DNA from: an uncultured Gemmatimonadaceae bacterium
GTDB taxonomy: Bacteria; Gemmatimonadota; Gemmatimonadetes; Gemmatimonadales; GWC2-71-9
Direction: 5' to 3'
DNA length: 64,000 nt
Assembly (NCBI GenBank): GCA_964599725.1
Contig: CAZRGT010000053.1
Location: 5,680 to 69,679 of the forward strand
The position numbers and the translations under genes were made by a program. Shown piece by piece: positions 55,985 to 64,000 of this stretch. Under the pieces are notes generated by a model that was given only the letters and a program-made list of their open reading frames with translations, was not told the origin of the DNA and did not search any database. Each line of letters begins with the position of its first letter. Position 1 is the first letter of the stretch.

Positions 55985-56857
55985 TTACTCCTGGGTGTCC
56001 GGTTCATGAACCTGCCCGGGGCGGCGCAGTCTGATGGATCCGTCGAAGGACTCGAGCTCCAGGCGTGCGCTCCCCGACCCGAGCGTGAAATTGAAACGAT
56101 GCTTCGTCTTGTCCTTCAACGTCACCGGGAAGCTGGAGTCGAAACTGCCGCTGAACGTCGCCACGGAGACGGTGACGTTGGCCCGCTCGGGCACTGAAAC
56201 TGTCACATCGCCGTCGTGGGACTGGAAGCGGTAGCGGCCACCGTCCTTGATGGTGCCGTCGTACTCGATGCTCCCATCCACCGTGCTCGCGTCAACGTCC
56301 GACGATTCGATGTCGAGCAGGGTAATGGCTCCGTCCACGGTTTCGGCGAGGATGTCGCCCGAGCTTTCCCTCAATTCGATGCTCCCATCGACGCTGTTCA
56401 GCTCGATGTGCCCGGAGGCGCCTTCGAGCGACACCTCCCCTTCGACCGAATGAAGCGAAATGTTTCCCCGTCCTCCGACGACGCGCACCGACCCCTCCAC
56501 GGTTTCAACCGTCACCTCGGCGTCCGTCCCCTCGATGGTCACTGCGGCTGAGGGGGTACCGGACACCGACAGCGGCATCCAGGCCGGGACCAGGATCTGG
56601 TAATCCACCATGGCGGGGCCGTGGCGGGAGCTGCCGCCGATGCTGACCGTCGGCCCATCCGTGGAGATCAACACGCGTTCACGGCTCGAATGCGTCGCGC
56701 GGACCCGCACTGAGCTCTGCCGCCAGGCCTTAATGATGACCTCGCCGCCGAAATCGCTGACCTCGAGTCGCTGTCCCTGGCGGACCGCGAACGTGGTATC
56801 GGTGTCCTGGGCCAACGCCAGGCTCGCGACAGCGAACAAAAGGGACAGCATTGCCAA
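55985..56857 (-). CDS. DUF4097-family beta-strand-repeat protein
   Basis: The signal peptide is MAMLSLLFAVASLALAQ. Repeats include VEGSVRV, SVEGEVSL, SVDGSIEL and TVDGAITL. The stop lies 4 nt before the next start. Confidence 0.75.
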   Translation of the reverse strand: MAMLSLLFAVASLALAQDTDTTFAVRQGQRLEVSDFGGEVIIKAWRQSSVRVRATHSSRERVLISTDGPTVSIGGSSRHGPAMVDYQILVPAWMPLSVSGTPSAAVTIEGTDAEVTVETVEGSVRVVGGRGNISLHSVEGEVSLEGASGHIELNSVDGSIELRESSGDILAETVDGAITLLDIESSDVDASTVDGSIEYDGTIKDGGRYRFQSHDGDVTVSVPERANVTVSVATFSGSFDSSFPVTLKDKTKHRFNFTLGSGSARLELESFDGSIRLRRPGQVHEPDTQE

Positions 56858-56864
56858 CCCCTCT

Positions 56865-57533
56865 CTACGTGCGTGCGGTGGCGATACGATTCGCCTCCCG
56901 CAGGAATTGCAGTTTGAGCCGCATGGTGTCGGCCAGGTGATGGTTCAAGTAGGTGCTGTTGGGATCGAGCACCAGGGCGCGCCGGGCTTCCGCGATCGCC
57001 GTATCGATGACGGCGAGACTGTGCTCGATCTTTCGCGCGGTCGCGGGATTGAGCCGCCCGCTCCGTTGTCCCAGTGCGAGCGCCTGCCGCAGCTCCGCCA
57101 CGGCGTGGTCCGCGCTCGTGTCCGCCCGCGTGCTCCAGTTGACCGACTGGACCCGCGGCGCTGGGGTCCCGGTCACCGGTTCCTTCTCTCCACCGCGATG
57201 AAGGACGAGTCCAACGACGCCGGCCGATGCGGCAATCAAGAGCAGGCTCGCCGCGATCAGCTGGGGGATGGTGAAGCTCACCCGTCGCTGGGCCCGGCGC
57301 CGGGACAGATCGTCGGTCGAGACGCCGATGCGAGCGGCGATCCCGGGCCACAGGTCGTTCGCCGGGGGCCGGTCGTCCAGCGCCTGGGCGCGCCCGACTA
57401 CGCCCTGCAGCTCGGCGAGGGTGCGCGCGCACGTCGCGCAGCCCGCGAGGTGGGTCTCGAGCGCGGCCCGCTGCGGAGCATCCAGCTCACCGTCGAGATA
57501 CTCGGACAGTCTGTCGGTCCACTGATCGTTCAT
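56865..57533 (-). CDS. anti-sigma factor (zf-HC2) with one TM segment
   Basis: The start is at MNDQWTDRLSEYLDGELD. The HxxxCxxC motif occurs in THLAGCATC. A TM helix (LIAASLLLIAASAGVVGLVL) follows. The gene sits directly downstream of the ECF sigma gene. Confidence 0.8.
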   Translation of the reverse strand: MNDQWTDRLSEYLDGELDAPQRAALETHLAGCATCARTLAELQGVVGRAQALDDRPPANDLWPGIAARIGVSTDDLSRRRAQRRVSFTIPQLIAASLLLIAASAGVVGLVLHRGGEKEPVTGTPAPRVQSVNWSTRADTSADHAVAELRQALALGQRSGRLNPATARKIEHSLAVIDTAIAEARRALVLDPNSTYLNHHLADTMRLKLQFLREANRIATART

Positions 57534-57552
57534 GTCAACGCTCCTGCTCGGG

Positions 57553-58107
57553 CTATCGTTCGAGGTGCTTCCGTAGCGCCATACGCGCGTGATGCAGCTG
57601 CGATTTCGACGTCCCGGCGACGATGCCAAGCAGCTGCGCGATCTCTTCGTGCCGGAATCCCTGCACGTCGTGGAGCAGGAACACCTGCCGGGCGCCCTCC
57701 GGAAGCCGGCCGATCGCCGCTTCGAAGTCCACACCGTGCTCCGGTGGGTCCGTCCGACCGGCGACCAGGTCCAGCACTTCGCCGTCCTCGTGGAAGCGGC
57801 GCCGCTCGCCCCCCAATGTCTTGCGCCGCGCGAGGATCACGTTCACCGCGAGACGATGCAGCCAGGTGCCGAACGCCGCTTCGCCGCGGAACGTGTGCAG
57901 CTTCTCCCACGCCCGGACGAACACGTCCTGCGCGACGTCGTCGGTGTCGACGCCATCCAGCATGCGGCGCACCAAACCGTGAACGCGCGGGACGTGCGTG
58001 CGGTACAGCCGTTCGAAGGCTCGGCCGTCACCACTTTGCGCGAGCGCTACGTCCGCCGTTTCCGCGTCCATCGCCGCCGTGATCGCATCAATGGTCAGGG
58101 TCGACAC
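57553..58107 (-). CDS. ECF-type RNA polymerase sigma-70 family factor
   Basis: Region 2 is FERLYRTHVPRVHGLVRRML...DVAQDVFVRAWEKLHTF. Region 4 is VFLLHDVQGFRHEEIAQLLGIVAGTSKSQLHHAR. Confidence 0.92.
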   Translation of the reverse strand: MSTLTIDAITAAMDAETADVALAQSGDGRAFERLYRTHVPRVHGLVRRMLDGVDTDDVAQDVFVRAWEKLHTFRGEAAFGTWLHRLAVNVILARRKTLGGERRRFHEDGEVLDLVAGRTDPPEHGVDFEAAIGRLPEGARQVFLLHDVQGFRHEEIAQLLGIVAGTSKSQLHHARMALRKHLER

Positions 58108-58191
58108 TCCCGCACCTGGTGCCGGGTTCGGGTCATTGGATAGGTAAAGAAGGCGCGAAGGTTGCAGGCTGAACAGGGCCCCGGGAGCGGC

Positions 58192-59340
58192 CTAAAGTGG
58201 GGGTACCCGTCGGGGGCGATAGATCCGTCCCCGCCATTCCACCTTTCGATCACCCCTCCAGGCCGACCGCAGCATGATGTAGGCGACAATGGAGGCGCCG
58301 ATCGGGTACAAGAGGGCATACCAGAGCGGGGCGTGTTCGCGCCGGTAGATCTCGAGCCAGGTCGCAAGCGAAGCCAGCGTCGCGAGCAACAGCCAGTTCT
58401 GGCGCCAGACGAGCCAGGCCAGCGGCGGGCCGATCCAGGCGAGCACCGGAAGCCACATCAGGTACGGCAGCAGCCGGCGGACCCACGCAATCGGCGGGAC
58501 CATCATCGGCGCGCCGAGCGCCAGGTTCTTGGACCAGCCATCGATGATCTCCCGCAGCGAGCGGTACATGCGGGTGCTCATGAACTCTTCGGCATAGACG
58601 AGGAAGATGTCGCGACCCGCGCGCACGTAGGTCTGCGCCAACATCATGTCTTCGGCGACGGAATCCTTGACGGCCGCGTGCGTGCCGACCGACTCGTAGG
58701 CCGGGCGGTTCGTGAGGATGAACTGGCCGTTGGCGATGGCGTTCCAGACGATGCGCGTCCGGTTCACGTCTCGCAGGTCGCCTACCCGGGACTGCAGCGC
58801 GAGGAAGACATGGGGCTGCACCAGCCGTTCCCAGAACGATTCCATCTCCTGGCGCGGCAGGACCGAGACCAGATCTACGTGCTCCGTCCGGAGCACCGAG
58901 ACGGCGCGCGGGATCAGCTCCGGCTCGTGTTTCGTGTCGGCATCGGCGAACAACAGCAGCTCCCCGGCCGCGACGCCATATCCTTGCACGATCGCCCACT
59001 GTTTCCCGAACCATCCGGCGGGCAGCTCCGCGCCGCGCACGACGCGCAGCCGTCCCTTCACCTCGGGAGCCGCCGCGAGCCATTCCGCAATGCCGGCCGT
59101 GCCGTCGGTCGACCGGTCGTCGACGACGATGACTTCCAACGGGTGATAGGCGGCGGCCAGGATCGACCGGACGCAGCGCTCGATGTTCAACGCCTCGTTG
59201 CGGGCGGGGATGATCACCGAGAGCAGCGGGCCGCTCGGGCGCGGGCCGAATTCCCACAAGCGGGGACTGCGCACGGCGTAGCGACGGACCACGAGCAGCA
59301 GCACCACGATCCAGGGTGCGGCGAGGAGCCACGACGTCAT
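58192..59340 (-). CDS. family-2 glycosyltransferase, membrane-anchored
   Basis: LLSVIIPARNE, VIVVDDRSTDGT and FADADT (DxD) are present, with C-terminal TM helices. ATG 59340 overlaps the upstream stop (ATGA). Confidence 0.85.
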   Translation of the reverse strand: MTSWLLAAPWIVVLLLVVRRYAVRSPRLWEFGPRPSGPLLSVIIPARNEALNIERCVRSILAAAYHPLEVIVVDDRSTDGTAGIAEWLAAAPEVKGRLRVVRGAELPAGWFGKQWAIVQGYGVAAGELLLFADADTKHEPELIPRAVSVLRTEHVDLVSVLPRQEMESFWERLVQPHVFLALQSRVGDLRDVNRTRIVWNAIANGQFILTNRPAYESVGTHAAVKDSVAEDMMLAQTYVRAGRDIFLVYAEEFMSTRMYRSLREIIDGWSKNLALGAPMMVPPIAWVRRLLPYLMWLPVLAWIGPPLAWLVWRQNWLLLATLASLATWLEIYRREHAPLWYALLYPIGASIVAYIMLRSAWRGDRKVEWRGRIYRPRRVPPL

Positions 59341-60581
59341 CGCGCGGGATCGCGCTCCGGGCCAGCCACCGTGGCCGCCGCGGTGAGGTGACCGGTGACG
59401 TTGGTCATGGTGCGAAACATGTCGGGCACCCGATCGAGACCGATCAGCAGGCTCAACCCTCCGAGTGGCAGTCCGATCTGCAGGAAGACGGGCGCCAGGC
59501 TCACGATCGACGCCGAGGGGACGCTCGCGACCGTGAGCGAGGCGAAGAACACGGCGGCCGCCGCCTGCAGTCCCACGCCGAGACCCAACGGGATGCCGTA
59601 CAGCCCGGCGATGAAGCACACGGCCACGGCTTGATACAGAGCGCTGCCGGGACGGTTGAGGCTCGCGCCCAGGGGCAACACGAATCCGGACACGCGGCGG
59701 GGCAGCCGGAGCTCGTCGGCCGCCTCGAGCATCACGGGGAGGGTGGCGAGGGAAGACGTGGTCGAGAATCCCATCGCCATCGAGGGAAGCGATGTTTTCA
59801 GGAACCCGAGCGGCCGCTGGCGGCCGATCAGCACCGCGGCCGGCACCAGGACTCCGACGATCAACACCGCGAGCCCCACAAGCAGCGCCAGCACGAACAC
59901 CAGCATCGCCCGTACCAACGACCACCCGAACTGCGCCGCGGTGGAGCTGACGAGGGCGAAGATCCCGAGCGGGGCGAGCAGCAACACCCAGTGTACGATG
60001 CGGATCATGACCTGGGTGAGCGTGTCGGCGAGGTCCGTGAGCGGGCGACGCCGATCTTCCGGCAGCGCGGCCGCGGCCGCGGCGAGGGCGATCACGAATA
60101 CAATGAGGGGCAGGAGACTCCCGTCCACGGCGGCCCGGATCGGGTTCCGCGGCACGAGCTCCACCAGGAACGCGATACCCCTCGGCAGATCGGCAGCGCG
60201 CTGCGCCATGGTGGTATCAGCGCCGGCAAGCTGCCGCAGCGACGCCTGCTGCTCCGGAGCGATCGGGGCGAGCGGCAGCACGAGGGCGGAGACGGCGAAG
60301 CCGATCGCGATGGCGGCGACTGCGGTCCCCCAGAAGAAGACCAGGGTCCGGGCGCCGAGCCGTCCGACTTGGCGGAGATCCCCGAGCCCGGCCACCCCGG
60401 CGAACACCGCGCCGATCACCAGCGGGATCGCACACATCGAGAGCAGGTTCAGGAACAGGGTCCCCACCGGTCGCAGCGCATGGGTGACGGCGAGCAAGGT
60501 GGAGCTCTGCGTCGCCGCGGCGACGAGGCCCGTGGCGAGTCCGGCGACGAGTCCGACGGCCATCCAGAGATGATTGCGCAC
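59337..60581 (-). CDS. dicarboxylate/amino acid:cation symporter (DAACS, GltP/DctA-like)
   Basis: The multi-TM profile has DAACS-type segments (TSSLATLPV, ASLNRPGSALYQAVA, DRVPDMFRTMTNVTG). Confidence 0.9.
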   Translation of the reverse strand: MRNHLWMAVGLVAGLATGLVAAATQSSTLLAVTHALRPVGTLFLNLLSMCAIPLVIGAVFAGVAGLGDLRQVGRLGARTLVFFWGTAVAAIAIGFAVSALVLPLAPIAPEQQASLRQLAGADTTMAQRAADLPRGIAFLVELVPRNPIRAAVDGSLLPLIVFVIALAAAAAALPEDRRRPLTDLADTLTQVMIRIVHWVLLLAPLGIFALVSSTAAQFGWSLVRAMLVFVLALLVGLAVLIVGVLVPAAVLIGRQRPLGFLKTSLPSMAMGFSTTSSLATLPVMLEAADELRLPRRVSGFVLPLGASLNRPGSALYQAVAVCFIAGLYGIPLGLGVGLQAAAAVFFASLTVASVPSASIVSLAPVFLQIGLPLGGLSLLIGLDRVPDMFRTMTNVTGHLTAAATVAGPERDPAR

Positions 60582-60632
60582 GAGCTAGATTCTCTGGGTG
60601 CGATCACGGGCGGTCAAGGGCGGTGAGACGAG

Positions 60633-61232
60633 ATGGCGCCCCCGATCAAGGCTTCGATGACCCTGGCACGCGTGCGCACCGCACTCTCCCAGTACGTCGC
60701 CCGGGCGGTCGATGCACCAGAGGCAAGGCCCGCGGCGGTCGCCCTGATCCTGCTCGAGCGCTCCTCCGGTCTCGAGGCCCTGTTCATCAAGCGGGCCGAG
60801 CGCGTGGGCGATCCGTGGTCGCGGCAGGTCGCGCTGCCGGGCGGACGGTCCGAACCGACCGACCTGGATCTCTTCGTCACCGCCACGCGGGAGACGCGGG
60901 AGGAGACCGGGATCGACTTGTCCGGTGCCGAACGCCTCGGCGTACTGGACGATCTCTATCCGCGGACCCCGACGCTGCCGCCGGTGCGAGTGCGTCCGTT
61001 CGTGTTTGCGCTGTCGTCGCCGCCACGCCTGACCCCGAGCGAAGAAGTGGAGCACGCATTCTGGGTGTCGCTCGACCGTCTGGTGGCCCCCGGCGTGCGT
61101 CGCGAGGTGACGCTCCATGTGCGCGGGGTCAAGCGGGTGTTTCCCGCCTACGATCTTGGCGATGAGGTCATCTGGGGCATGACCGAACGCATTCTCACTC
61201 CCTTTCTGGAGCTCGTCGGCTACACCGCCTAG
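60633..61232 (+). CDS. NUDIX hydrolase (CoA-pyrophosphatase-like)
   Basis: The Nudix box GX5EX7REUXEEXGU is present as GGRSEPTDLDLFVTATRETREETGI. Confidence 0.85.
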   Translation: MAPPIKASMTLARVRTALSQYVARAVDAPEARPAAVALILLERSSGLEALFIKRAERVGDPWSRQVALPGGRSEPTDLDLFVTATRETREETGIDLSGAERLGVLDDLYPRTPTLPPVRVRPFVFALSSPPRLTPSEEVEHAFWVSLDRLVAPGVRREVTLHVRGVKRVFPAYDLGDEVIWGMTERILTPFLELVGYTA

Positions 61233-61239
61233 GCAGAAT

Positions 61240-61258
61240 GTCCGGTTTCTCGCCGGAC
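61240..61258 (+). terminator. hairpin after the NUDIX gene (weak terminator candidate)
   Basis: GTCCGG-TTTCTCG-CCGGAC forms a perfect 6-bp stem 8 nt after the stop. There is no clear U-tract, so function is uncertain. Confidence 0.3.
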
Positions 61259-61296
61259 GGTGTTCGAATCTGATCCTGCAATAGCTCCAACTAATC

Positions 61297-61338
61297 GTCA
61301 TATTAGCTTGCATACATAGTCATATTAGCATATACTAA
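61297..61338 (+). promoter_or_regulatory. sigma-70-like promoter overlapped by repeat/near-palindrome (candidate DtxR-family operator)
   Basis: The -35 is TTGCAT (61308-13), the spacer is 17 nt and the -10 is TATACT (61331-36). An 11-bp direct repeat GTCATATTAGC occurs at 61297-307 and 61319-329. The near-palindrome TTAGCATATACTAA lies at 61325-338. The region is AT-rich in a GC-rich genome. Confidence 0.5.
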
Positions 61339-61370
61339 AGCCACATTTGGGCATTGAGTTAAGAGGGATT

Positions 61371-62066
61371 ATGCCAGCAGGCATAACAGCGCAAGAGCCT
61401 TTCCTGACTCGGTCGGTCGAGGACTACCTCAAGGCCATTTACCGGCTTTCGGCCCAAGGCGGATTCGCCACGACCAGCGACATCGCCGGGTTGCTCACGC
61501 TGAGCGCGCCGTCGGTAAGCGCCATGGTAAAGCGGCTCTCGGAGATGGGCCTGATCGAGCACGTGCCCTATCGCGGTGTGCAGCTCACCGCGCAGGGACG
61601 GCGGGCGGCCCTCAAAATGATTCGCCGGCATCGAGTGCTCGAGTTGTACCTGACCCGCAACCTCGGCTACGACTGGGACAACGTGCACAACGAAGCGGAG
61701 CGGTTGGAGCATGCGGTGTCCGATGACTTGATCGAGCGCATGGCGGCAGCCCTGGGTGATCCCCGCTACGACCCGCACGGGGATCCGATTCCCACCGCCA
61801 CGGGCGATATCGAGGAAACCGAGTTCGTGTCTCTCGCCGATGCCGCCGTCGGCGCCGCCCTCGAGCTGCGGCAAGTGGGAACACAGGACGCCGCCCGCCT
61901 GCGCTACTTCGCGGAGCAGGGACTGGTGCCTGGGGTGCGCGTGTCGGTCACCGACCGTCAACCGTTCAACGGACCGACGACGGTTTTTCTCAGTGCCTCC
62001 GGCAGTGCCCGAGTGGTGGGTCGCGAGCTGGCGCAGAATCTGTGGTGCCGAGAGCTATCCCAATGA
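61371..62066 (+). CDS. DtxR/IdeR/MntR-family metal-dependent transcriptional regulator with C-terminal SH3/FeoA-like domain
   Basis: ATG 61371 follows AAGAGGGA. VEDYLKAIYRL, LSAPSVSAMVKRL, RRHRVLELYL and EAERLEHAVSDDL are DtxR-family signatures. Confidence 0.9.
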   Translation: MPAGITAQEPFLTRSVEDYLKAIYRLSAQGGFATTSDIAGLLTLSAPSVSAMVKRLSEMGLIEHVPYRGVQLTAQGRRAALKMIRRHRVLELYLTRNLGYDWDNVHNEAERLEHAVSDDLIERMAAALGDPRYDPHGDPIPTATGDIEETEFVSLADAAVGAALELRQVGTQDAARLRYFAEQGLVPGVRVSVTDRQPFNGPTTVFLSASGSARVVGRELAQNLWCRELSQ

Positions 62067-63319
62067 GCCGACGCGTGTGGGTGGGGGTCGCGCTACTTGG
62101 CCTCGGGCTCGCGGCCTGCGACACACTGCTTCCCTCGGCGCCCAGAGACGCGGAGGTGCTCGATGGGCCTATCGGCGGCCTGAATGGCGCGCAGCTCGCC
62201 ACCTTTGCCAAAGGGGACGAACAGTTCAATCGGGTGGTGAGTGCCGGAGAGGGCGCGGGGCCGCTCTTCGTCGCCACTGCGTGCGGTGCGTGTCACGTGG
62301 GCGATGGCAAGGGGCATCCGGTCTTCAACCTCACCCGATTCGGCCGCATGGGGGCCGGCGGGTTCGATCCGATGCGGGCGTTTGGGGGCCCGCAGATCCA
62401 GAACCGCGCGGTGCCGGGCTACATCGCGGAAGTCATACCGAACGGTACCACGGGCGTGGCGGTCTTCACAGCTCCTGCCGTGACGGGTCTGGGCCTGCTG
62501 GAGGCGGTGGACGACACCACGCTGCTGAGGCTCACGGATTCCAGCGATGCCGACGGTGACGGGATTTCCGGCCGAGTCCAGCTCCTCGATGAGAACGACC
62601 TCCTGGTAGAAGTCACCTCGCTCGAGGCATTGGTCGCCGACGGGGCCCCGACCCGCGGGGTGCCGATCGCGGGGAAGTACATCGGGCGGTTTGGAAAGAA
62701 AGGGGTGAGCGTCAACCTGCTGCACCAGACCGTCACCGCCTACCACGAGGACATGGGGCTGACGACCGAGCTGATACCGACGGACCTGTTCAACCGGCAG
62801 GTGGGCAACTTCGCCAGCGACGACGTGCCCGACCCGGAGATCAGGTCGAGCACGGTGGGCGCCGTCGTGTTTTACCTCAAGACCCTGCGGCCGCCACCCC
62901 GGCGCAATGCGGGCGCCCAGGACGTGCTGGCAGGCGAAGCGCTCTTCGCCCAAGCCGGCTGTGGAGGGTGCCACGTTTCCACGCTCCGCACCGGCGCATC
63001 CGCGATCGCCCCGCTGGATCGCGTCGAATTTCATCCGTACACCGACCTCCTGCTCCACGATATGGGGGCGGAACTGGACGACGCATACACCGAAGGAGTC
63101 GCGCTCACGTCGGAGTGGCGCACCCCGCCGCTGTGGGGGATCGGGCTGGCCGCGGCGTCGCAGGGTGGGCGCATACACCTCCTGCACGATGGACGCGCGA
63201 AGAGCCTGCGCGAGGCGATCGGGTTTCACGGGGGTGAGGGCGCGGCCAGTCGCGCCGCGTTCAGTGCCCTCACCCCGGCGCAGCAGGACCTCCTGCTTCG
63301 CTTCCTGGAGTCGCTGTGA
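62063..63319 (+). CDS. di-haem c-type oxidoreductase, DUF1111 ('thiol oxidoreductase'/peroxidase-like) lipoprotein
   Basis: The ATG overlaps the regulator stop (ATGA). The leader VGVALLGLGLAAC has a lipobox. Two CxxCH haem-binding motifs are present (CGACHVGDG and CGGCHVS). Confidence 0.85.
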   Translation: MSRRVWVGVALLGLGLAACDTLLPSAPRDAEVLDGPIGGLNGAQLATFAKGDEQFNRVVSAGEGAGPLFVATACGACHVGDGKGHPVFNLTRFGRMGAGGFDPMRAFGGPQIQNRAVPGYIAEVIPNGTTGVAVFTAPAVTGLGLLEAVDDTTLLRLTDSSDADGDGISGRVQLLDENDLLVEVTSLEALVADGAPTRGVPIAGKYIGRFGKKGVSVNLLHQTVTAYHEDMGLTTELIPTDLFNRQVGNFASDDVPDPEIRSSTVGAVVFYLKTLRPPPRRNAGAQDVLAGEALFAQAGCGGCHVSTLRTGASAIAPLDRVEFHPYTDLLLHDMGAELDDAYTEGVALTSEWRTPPLWGIGLAAASQGGRIHLLHDGRAKSLREAIGFHGGEGAASRAAFSALTPAQQDLLLRFLESL

Positions 63320-63750
63320 TGGTCTCGCGCCGCGTGTTTGTCGGACAGCTATCGGGCGTGGTGGGTGCACTGCCGCTGGTGGCCGGTGCCTGCGCGAGGT
63401 TCTACTACGTGGGCGGTGGACTCGAGAGCGGGCGGTTGGTTGTGAGCCTGGCCGAGTTCGGCGCCGGACCGTTCGCCCTGGTGGACGCGCCTAATCTTCC
63501 CATGCCGATCTATCTGTACCGGCATGCGGACGGCCGGTTCACCGCGGTGCTCACCCGGTGTATGCACCGGGGGTGTCAGGTTGAACCCGCGGGCGAGCAC
63601 CTCGTCTGTCCGTGTCACGGGAGCGAGTACGACAACGCGGGTGGCATCCTCAAGGGCCCGACGCAATTCCCTCTGATCCGTTTCCCGGTCGAGACGCAGG
63701 ATGGCAACCTGTACATCGCGCTCACGCCTGCCGACGCGGTAGGGACGTGA
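63316..63750 (+). CDS. Rieske [2Fe-2S] domain protein with Tat-like signal
   Basis: The Tat-like leader is [22 protein letters not shown]. The Rieske motifs are CMHRGC and CPCHGSEYD. The start overlaps the upstream stop (GTGA). Confidence 0.88.
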   Translation: MMVSRRVFVGQLSGVVGALPLVAGACARFYYVGGGLESGRLVVSLAEFGAGPFALVDAPNLPMPIYLYRHADGRFTAVLTRCMHRGCQVEPAGEHLVCPCHGSEYDNAGGILKGPTQFPLIRFPVETQDGNLYIALTPADAVGT

Positions 63751-64000
63751 GGCGATTCCTGCCGGGCGTCGCGTGCCTTGTGCTGACGGCGGTCCCGCTC
63801 GCCGCTCAGGAGCCCGATTCGACCCCACGACGCATCCGGGCCAGGATCGACAGTGTCCCGGTGCAGGGCGGAGTGTACAACCGGCCCTTTCTCGCCTCGG
63901 TGGGCCGCACCGCGATCGGCGGGTATCTCGAGGGAAACACGAACTACTTCCGGGAGGACGGCGTCTCCGACGGCTTCTCGACGGAGCTTCGTCGCTTCAA
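63747..64000 (+). CDS. secreted hypothetical protein (5' partial, runs off window)
   Basis: GTG 63747 overlaps the Rieske stop (GTGA). The signal peptide is RRFLPGVACLVLTAVPLAAQ. The frame stays open to the end of the window. Confidence 0.45.
   Translation, partial: MRRFLPGVACLVLTAVPLAAQEPDSTPRRIRARIDSVPVQGGVYNRPFLASVGRTAIGGYLEGNTNYFREDGVSDGFSTELRRF

Noticed and set aside
58108-58191. A possible ECF-type autoregulated promoter upstream of the sigma gene (minus-strand GCAACC ... TATCCA).
   Set aside because: Only the -35-like GCAACC partly resembles GGAAC. No CGT-type -10 is present at the right spacing, so the evidence is too weak to call.
61325-61338. TTAGCATATACTAA resembles the Xanthomonad-type LexA box (TTAG-N6-TACTA).
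   Set aside because: The spacing is wrong (4 nt, not 6). The site sits in the promoter of a DtxR-family regulator, for which a TTAG...CTAA palindrome is the more parsimonious reading.
1-64000. Search by eye for CRISPR arrays, rRNA or tRNA genes, transposases, integrases and prophage genes.
   Set aside because: I saw no repeat-spacer arrays, no rRNA-like conserved stretches and no recombinase or transposase motifs. GGTTCGAA-like T-loop motifs at ~55066 and ~61262 lack complementary T-stems and acceptor arms, so they are not tRNAs.

Overview
The window is a very GC-rich, densely packed bacterial chromosomal segment. I call about 50 protein-coding genes and no rRNA, tRNA, CRISPR array, transposase or integrase. 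The gene content (tandem OmpA proteins with thrombospondin-type-3 repeats, many lipoproteins, DUF4097 and DUF1111 genes) suggests a Gemmatimonadota-like soil bacterium. That attribution is inference only.

Gene layout, left to right:
- 16-4916: a TrmB-like regulator, two hypothetical proteins and a domain-permuted aconitase-superfamily enzyme.
- 4927-15954, minus strand: an envelope cluster of a GAF-containing chemoreceptor, a Kelch/IPT lipoprotein, two OmpA/TSP3 paralogues, an M14 peptidase-like protein, a DUF4015 hydrolase-like protein and a lipoprotein.
- 16015-17315: a SelW/Rdx-like selenoprotein that the ORF track splits at an in-frame TGA, overlapping pfkA.
- 17328-27930: a DEAH helicase, a small PAS/HTH protein, a thioesterase, a lipoprotein, an oxidoreductase, ispH and lhr.
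- 28033-32790: two further lipoprotein genes, then a sigma-54 activator with a near-consensus -24/-12 promoter driving a lipoprotein and a TPR protein.
- 32824-34746, minus strand: a Tat-signal FAD/NAD(P)-binding oxidoreductase.
- 34903-41060: imuB and dnaE2, tightly linked to a PEP-mutase-family gene and a DUF72 gene.
- 41039-49667: a radical SAM gene with a small zinc-ribbon ORF, transporters (APC, DUF47/PiT), and an aldehyde dehydrogenase / aminotransferase / HAD / HhH-GPD block.
- 49753-55063: an N6-adenine methyltransferase and an SNF2 helicase in one operon.
- 55195-61232: an ECF sigma / anti-sigma / 2x DUF4097 operon, then GT2, a DAACS symporter and a NUDIX hydrolase.
- 61371-64000: a DtxR-led operon encoding a di-haem DUF1111 protein, a Rieske protein and a secreted protein.

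Many start sites are supported by 4-nt stop/start overlaps (GTGA or ATGA) at 16248, 20832, 21323, 39241, 40086, 59337, 62063, 63316 and 63747.

The most notable items are the nuclease-less methyltransferase + SNF2 pair as a candidate non-canonical defence or epigenetic module, and the recoded selenoprotein with an fdhF-like SECIS hairpin. The sigma-54 module, the extended imuB-dnaE2 operon and an apparent -1 frame break at the 5' end of the aldehyde dehydrogenase gene also stand out.

All family assignments come from motif recognition by eye. No database search was run.
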